The notes under the pieces: model-generated | What the model saw: only the letters and a program-made list of their open reading frames with translations | The model's database searches: none | Told to the model about the DNA's origin: nothing | Program-made: the position numbers and the translations under genes | In this document: in pieces, positions 62,534 to 64,000 of the stretch | How the letters are laid out: each line of letters opens with the position of its first letter | Position numbering within the stretch: the stretch's first letter is position 1 | NCBI RefSeq assembly: GCF_001194135.2 | Contig: NC_069003.1 | Span: 29,511,236-29,575,235, forward strand | Direction of reading: 5' to 3' | DNA length: 64,000 nt | DNA from: Octopus bimaculoides | Taxonomy: Eukaryota

Positions 62534-62575
62534 CTTTGTAAAGTGGATCCCAAGTCAATTTCAAAGATGGACAGA
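62534..62575 (-). CDS. Candidate 42-nt exon
   Basis: Minus strand tacactccgcAG|TCTGTCC...TACAAAG|GTGAGC; phase 1/1 (V)CPSLKLTWDPLYK(G) or phase 2/2 LSIFEIDLGSTLQ; upstream context is lost in a gap. Confidence 0.35.
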
Positions 62576-63478
62576 CTGCGGAGTGTACGGNNNNNNNNNN
62601 NNNNNNNNNNNNNNNNNNNNNNNNNNNNNNNNNNNNNNNNNNNNNNNNNNNNNNNNNNNNNNNNNNNNNNNNNNNNNNNNNNNNNNNNNNNNNNNNNNNN
62701 NNNNNNNNNNNNNNNNNNNNNNNNNNNNNNNNNNNNNNNNNNNNNNNNNNNNNNNNNNNNNNNNNNNNNNNNNNNNNNNNNNNNNNNNNNNNNNNNNNNN
62801 NNNNNNNNNNNNNNNNNNNNNNNNNNNNNNNNNNNNNNNNNNNNNNNNNNNNNNNNNNNNNNNNNNNNNNNNNNNNNNNNNNNNNNNNNNNNNNNNNNNN
62901 NNNNNNNNNNNNNNNNNNNNNNNNNNNNNNNNNNNNNNNNNNNNNNNNNNNNNNNNNNNNNNNNNNNNNNNNNNNNNNNNNNNNNNNNNNNNNNNNNNNN
63001 NNNNNNNNNNNNNNNNNNNNNNNNNNNNNNNNNNNNNNNNNNNNNNNNNNNNNNNNNNNNNNNNNNNNNNNNNNNNNNNNNNNNNNNNNNNNNNNNNNNN
63101 NNNNNNNNNNNNNNNNNNNNNNNNNNNNNNNNNNNNNNNNNNNNNNNNNNNNNNNNNNNNNNNNNNNNNNNNNNNNNNNNNNNNNNNNNNNNNNNNNNNN
63201 NNNNNNNNNNNNNNNNNNNNNNNNNNNNNNNNNNNNNNNNNNNNNNNNNNNNNNNNNNNNNNNNNNNNNNNNNNNNNNNNNNNNNNNNNNNNNNNNNNNN
63301 NNNNNNNNNNNNNNNNNNNNNNNNNNNNNNNNNNNNNNNNNNNNNNNNNNNNNNNNNNNNNNNNNNNNNNNNNNNNNNNNNNNNNNNNNNNNNNNNNNNN
63401 NNNNNNNNNNNNNNNNNNNNNNNNNNNNNNNNNNNNNNNNNNNNNNNNNNNNNNNNNNNNNNNNNNNNNNNNNNNNNN

Positions 63479-63536
<58 letters not shown>

Positions 63537-63831
63537 GGTTGTTATTTTGTCATACATCAAAGGGACAAATGGCCGAACGACTGATACCATTATTCAATAA
63601 CTCTCTGACTACATTAGATAGAACTGTATTGTTATCGCGCTTATTGATAGATCTTTGTAGTTTATCCTGTGTATAGATGGAAAACTGGTGAAACAGTGCA
63701 ATAGTTACATTATATATAACTTGAGTTAAAAATAAGCATTTACACATAAAAAAAACTCCACTCACTGAATAGAGAGTTCTTAGCAGATTTAAGTTATTTT
63801 CACCGGTAGACCATTTATTAAATATATATAC

Positions 63832-63864
<33 letters not shown>

Positions 63865-64000
63865 TGTATGTATGTTTCAACACGCTGTGCATTTATAGTC
63901 AAAAATATCGTATGTGGTTCGGCGATATAAAGTCTATTTTTTTAGGATATTGGGATAGAAATTTTTTGTCCTTTTTTTTATATGTATATGTGTATGTATG

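Overview
This is AT-rich eukaryotic DNA from a gapped draft assembly: many N runs, most bordered by microsatellites. The SINE families, mariner MITEs and (TA)n/(TAA)n/(GATA)n load look like an Octopus (coleoid cephalopod) genome; this is my recognition, not a database result. No complete gene, rRNA, true tRNA gene, CRISPR array or prokaryotic system is visible. Almost every ORF in the supplied track is an artefact of N gaps or simple repeats. The window reads as intronic/intergenic sequence containing three abundant SINE families (labelled A, B, C here) and one Nin/Deu-domain-like SINE fossil. It also holds several DNA-transposon derivatives with readable ends: a fold-back mariner, two mariner/Tc1 MITEs, a hAT MITE and a TTAA-flanked Kolobok-like long-TIR element. 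Retroelement remains include two related very short TG...CA solo-LTR-like elements with 5-bp TSDs, a truncated R4/Dong-type LINE end in a TAA tract, and decayed Penelope-like fragments with hammerhead-ribozyme-like cores. A few low-confidence candidate exons occur on both strands. The most notable structures are the modular mini-LTR pair, a ~300-bp near-perfect inverted duplication around a SINE, the mariner fold-back with a readable template-switch junction, and the density of long inverted repeats. I found no convincing wholly new biological system. All alignments were done by eye and SINE boundaries are approximate.
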